Assembly: GCA_964016885.1 (NCBI GenBank)
Contig: OZ024742.1
Location: 58,714,001 to 58,778,000 of the forward strand
Direction of reading: 5' to 3'
From: Eledone cirrhosa
Taxonomy: Eukaryota
Length of the DNA stretch: 64,000 bases
Every line of letters begins with the position of its first letter. Position 1 is the stretch's first letter. Positions 59,501 to 64,000 of this stretch are shown piece after piece. Both the position numbers and the translations under genes were made by a program. A model generated the notes under the pieces. That model made no database searches. It worked only from the letters and a program-made list of their open reading frames with translations, and was not told the origin of the DNA.

Positions 59501-61774
59501 TGTGTGTAGATAAGTAATTATGTGTCTATATTCTTTATTTCTTTATATAATTTTAGATATCCCTTTTATAGCTATATCTATACCTCTTTTTATAATCTAT
59601 TTTTTCTTATACATATATATATATATATATTCATACATATATATGATACATATATATGATAAGAATGTTAAATAACCAGGTGGCTGTGTGTGCATGTAAG
59701 ACGAACTGGTTAAGATTCAGAGCCGGCAGAAGACTATGTTGGTGATGTATTGACAGAGACATAGACACACCCAACAGCCACGGCATGATACTACTGCAGA
59801 CCTAACGTCACGCTATATATCGTCAACTTTCTCTCCTTGCGGCACCTTTCCAGTAGAAGCGCATAGACTGAAGCAAAACACACAAGTAAAAATTTGTTTC
59901 TGACTGGATTTGAAATTAAAGATACGAAACTAAATGCTACAAAATATGTTGTCCAGTGCTCTATTGATTCAATCACTGCACCACAATTGTATTGTATTGT
60001 ATAGTATGTATGGACTCGTAACTTTCGTGATAGACTTAGGGACGCCGCATTGACATACGGCGTTTCTGGGGCACTTTCCTCTCCACGTCTGAAATCAGCA
60101 GATTTCTTCTAGAGAAGGATAGAGAGTGAGAGAATGGAAGTGAGAAAGAGGTATTGCGGGAGAAACGACCACAATACTAGACTGGTTCTTTTTTTTTTAA
60201 ACAACATTGAGCGGGTGAAAGACAAAGTTAACCTCGGCAAGATTTGAACTCAGAGAGCAGAAAGCCGAAACGAACACCGCCATTACGGTTATAATACAAA
60301 AATGAGATCGCTTTTTCTTCCTGTTAACTGTAATATAATATTTTCTATTATATTTTAAATACCATAAATACCTTTGGAAAACATAGAAAGCAAAACAAAT
60401 ATGTATTTGTTTCCAATTATCTCATAGAATTTGCAGACGTTCTCTGTCTGTTGACATAATGGAATAGAAATAGAATTTAGCAAACAGTCGCTTTCTGCAC
60501 ACATCCTTCCTGTACACATGCTTCTACCCACTGCTTCTTCTACACCACTTCTACTTAGCACTTGTTGTAATCATCACTTGTTGGCATTCATTGTGCAGTA
60601 GAGTGCAACGCGTGGGTTAAGTAAAAACAGTGTTAATTGAATGTCTGGAAGTCTGAGATGATATCCTGCGAGATTATATATTTTTACAACAATGTTCCCA
60701 GGAATAGCTGCTGTGTAGTTGAAAAGTTCGCATCGCAAACATATTGTTTGGTGATCTGTCTCATTGCGGGGCAACTTGAGCATGAATCTTCTATACATAT
60801 ATCGAATAGATATAAATATTCTATATATACACACGAGAAGTTTTGTAGGTTAAAATATTTACTTTGTTTGGAGATATCGCTTGTTTCTCCACCGCCACCT
60901 TCGTGTTAAATCCACGTTTTACCTTTCTACCTCCCACTTTCACTCTTTCTCTTATACTATTACCGTCTGTCACTTTTACTCACGAACCTTTCTCTCTTTT
61001 TTTATTCTATCTTTCCTTTCCCCCATCATCACCACTACAAGTGGCTGAGGATTTCAGACACGTACACCCTAACGTTATTCTCAGGGAGCTTCAGTGGGAC
61101 TCAGTGTGGGACAAGGCTGGCTGGTCCTTTGACTTATAGGTACAGTAGTTCACCCTTTCAAACAGTTTCTGTCCACCCAATTTCAGTCACAAGGCATGGG
61201 TCAACTCTATGGTAAATGACACTTATCCAAGAAATCACGCAGTGGGATTACATCCGCGATCTAATGATTGCGAAGCGAAATCCCTACCCATTCGGCCATG
61301 CTGCGTCCGCCATTCATGCCAGTTTAACCAATTAAACCTAAATACAAACAGTTTAAATCAAACAAGCTTCTCTAAATACTCCCCCTTGCTTTCACCTTTG
61401 CTTATCAAGATTATCTTAATGGAACTAACTGATTTGTCTGGACTCATCCATCCTACACATAACTTCCGCTTCTTAACGACTTCCGGTCCCATATAACGAC
61501 AACAATCTATATAATATTTTTTCCATCTCTTGTTTTGTTTTTCCATTGTGTATTTTCTTTCATTGCAATTACTTGAATTTACAACGAATGAAAGAAACTA
61601 TCATGACACCATGTCAGCCACGCTAAATACCACTACTACCACACCCCCCACTACTACCCATCACTACTACCACCACCATGACTACTACACTATCACTACT
61701 ACTACTGCTACAACTACCACTTTTACCATCAACACCACAACAACTACTACTACCATTACTACCATTATTATTAT

Positions 61775-62205
61775 GGCGGTGAATTGGCAGAATCGTTAGT
61801 GCGTCGGATAAAATGTCACTGCGGTATTTATTCTGGCTTTCTACATTCAGAGTTCAAATTACATTCAGAGTTCAATTCATAGATCGATAAAATAAAGTAC
61901 CAGTTACGACCATATGATCGATATGATCGACGTTTCTGTTCTTCCAAATTGCTGGTCTTGTTCCTACGTTAGAAAGAATTACTATTATTAAGGCGCTGAT
62001 TGGCAGAATCGTTAGTGCATCGGATGAATTGCATTGCAGTGTTTCGTAACGACCATCTACGTTCTGGTTTCAAATCTAGCCTCAATCAAGTTTGCCTTAC
62101 TACTACCACTGAGGTCGAAGTGCCAGTAACGCACTAGGGTCGATTTAATCGACTCCCCCGTCCCTCCATAATTGGTGGTTTTGAGCTTAAATCAGAAGCC
62201 ATTAT
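61775..62205 (+). mobile_element. Two older main-family SINE copies in tandem
   Basis: GGCGGTGAATTGGCAGAATCGTTAG heads at ~61775 and ~61992, with degraded boxes and tails. Confidence 0.7.
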
Positions 62206-64000
62206 TATTATCATTGACTGCCGACCTGTTAGATGTGTATTTCATATTGTTCTTCGAGGCTGAATTGTAGCAGATTTAAACTGCAAAATAGATTAGTTTT
62301 TTGAGAGTGGCATTTTCATACAGAGTATTTCAACAGTTGAAAGTTAGTCTATACAATATTATGACTCCACCCCGCCAAAAATCTTTGTTAGACAAATTTT
62401 ACCTTTTTTAACCTGTTTATATATAAAATTGTTACGCGTAACCCCCCCCCCCCCCCGAAGGTGAACGCTTTTCTTTGCGTTTAAAATAAAAAAAAAAAAT
62501 AGAAAGAAAACTAGCATTTTGCAGCTAAGTACATGCACTTTGGAAAAGGAAAATATTGACATTCCAGTGGAAAATAATACTGGATAATAATACTGAGTGG
62601 TTATAGCAATGCGCTTGGGATAAATAACAACAGCTAGAAAAAAACAACAATATTCATAGGCACACACACATAAACTTTACCAAAACGAAAGTAACTATTT
62701 TTTAATTGTAACAAATTTGAACGGAAAAATTAATGCATTTTGGATAAGAGACATTTTGGATAAGAGATGTTGGATAACAGACATTTACACGGAAGAAAAT
62801 CCGCATGATAGCATTAAGTTACAAAAACAATTGCTTTTCTACCTGAAGCTGTCATACAAGAGAAAAGAAAGGCACCCTAACTGTGCATTGATAAGGCCAC
62901 ATGGATTTTCATTGTGCCCGCGAAAGAGTTAAGGGTAGATTTCTCTCTGTGCAGTATTCGCTCCAGCTCTCTGTGTTCTGAATTCAATGCAAACGATGGT
63001 GAACTTCACTTTTCATCCATTAGGGACTGATAAAAAACCAGATCAGTGTTGAGCTTGATTCTTCTTTCTCTTTCCCTCTTTCTCATTCTCTCTCTGTATT
63101 CTACCTCTAATTCAATGGCCTGAATTATGTAACATTGATTCTGCTTGAGAACTGTGTTAAATGTACATGTCTGTGGAATACTTAGCCGATTACACGTTGA
63201 TCGAGAGTGACGAAGAATCCACCTATAAATGAAGGTTGATTTGTTTGAAATATATAACTATCTCTGACACTCCACTACCAAAATTGGCGTTGGACCTAAA
63301 GAATTAGAATTAACCATCGTCTGATTACAGAAAGATAGCCACAGGGCCGATGAGGCTCCCTGGTGAGATGAGCTCATCAGAGAACCTTTATGTGGCAACT
63401 AAATATCACTAAAAACACACACTAGACAACATAAAAATAAATAGACCTTCATCAGTTTTGATGGTGAATCTACTAATTGTTAGGTTAACGAAACAGCCTA
63501 CTTGTAAAATGAACGTGTAAGAGGCCAAATATTCTGCAGGCATGTGTATCGTTTATGTATTTCTTAGGAAGATTCAGCTTCACTCGGTATGTGAAAATCT
63601 ACGACCCGCCTTGTATTATTGTATAAGTGGCTGAATACTCTACAAACACGACAGACTTTGAAACAGCTTTCGTCTATCTAATTTGATTCCACTCACAAGT
63701 ATTAGGTGGCTCAACACTACGGTAAAAGACTTGTCCAATATGTCACGCCGTGGGACCTAATACGAAATATCCAGACTGAAGCAAATTTGTAACGATACAT
63801 GTGTCGATCGTTGGACGATGCAAGACGGGATAGTACGTATAGTGATAATTTTGACTTCACTGCTGCTTATATTGGGTGTTGTTGTAGTTGGTAGGGTTGT
63901 TGGTTGTTGTTGTTGGTGGTGGTTGTTATTAGTGATTTATTTTTATTGCTGAATACAGCTGCAAATTCTTGCAAAATCGTAATTACATCTCACTTCCGAG

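Noticed and set aside
60355-60909. Short ORFs in unique sequence as possible exons
   Set aside because: No recognisable domain or convincing splice pair
63327-63398. Stem-loop containing CTGATGAGCTC on the minus strand
   Set aside because: No GAAA after stem II; only an imperfect hairpin

Overview
AT-rich, repeat-saturated eukaryotic DNA. The SINE families and microsatellite spectrum suggest a cephalopod (octopus-like) genome, which is an inference. No complete host gene is supportable, and almost all listed ORFs are microsatellite read-through. The window holds many tRNA-derived SINEs, MITEs (hAT-like and piggyBac-like), non-autonomous Helitrons, RTE and R4 LINE fragments, two minisatellites (44 bp and 17 bp) and kilobase-scale (TA)n arrays. 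The only clear intact protein-coding stretch is a 5'-truncated Penelope-like element (RT C-terminus plus GIY-YIG, 41922-42980, minus strand). The most interesting signal is RNA-level: about a dozen type I hammerhead ribozyme motifs from at least five sequence-distinct families. They sit in Penelope-like 3' ends, in a ~431-bp tandem retrozyme-like unit, and in head-to-head inverted duplications, almost always next to (TA)n or other microsatellites. All folds were read by eye and none was computed or tested.
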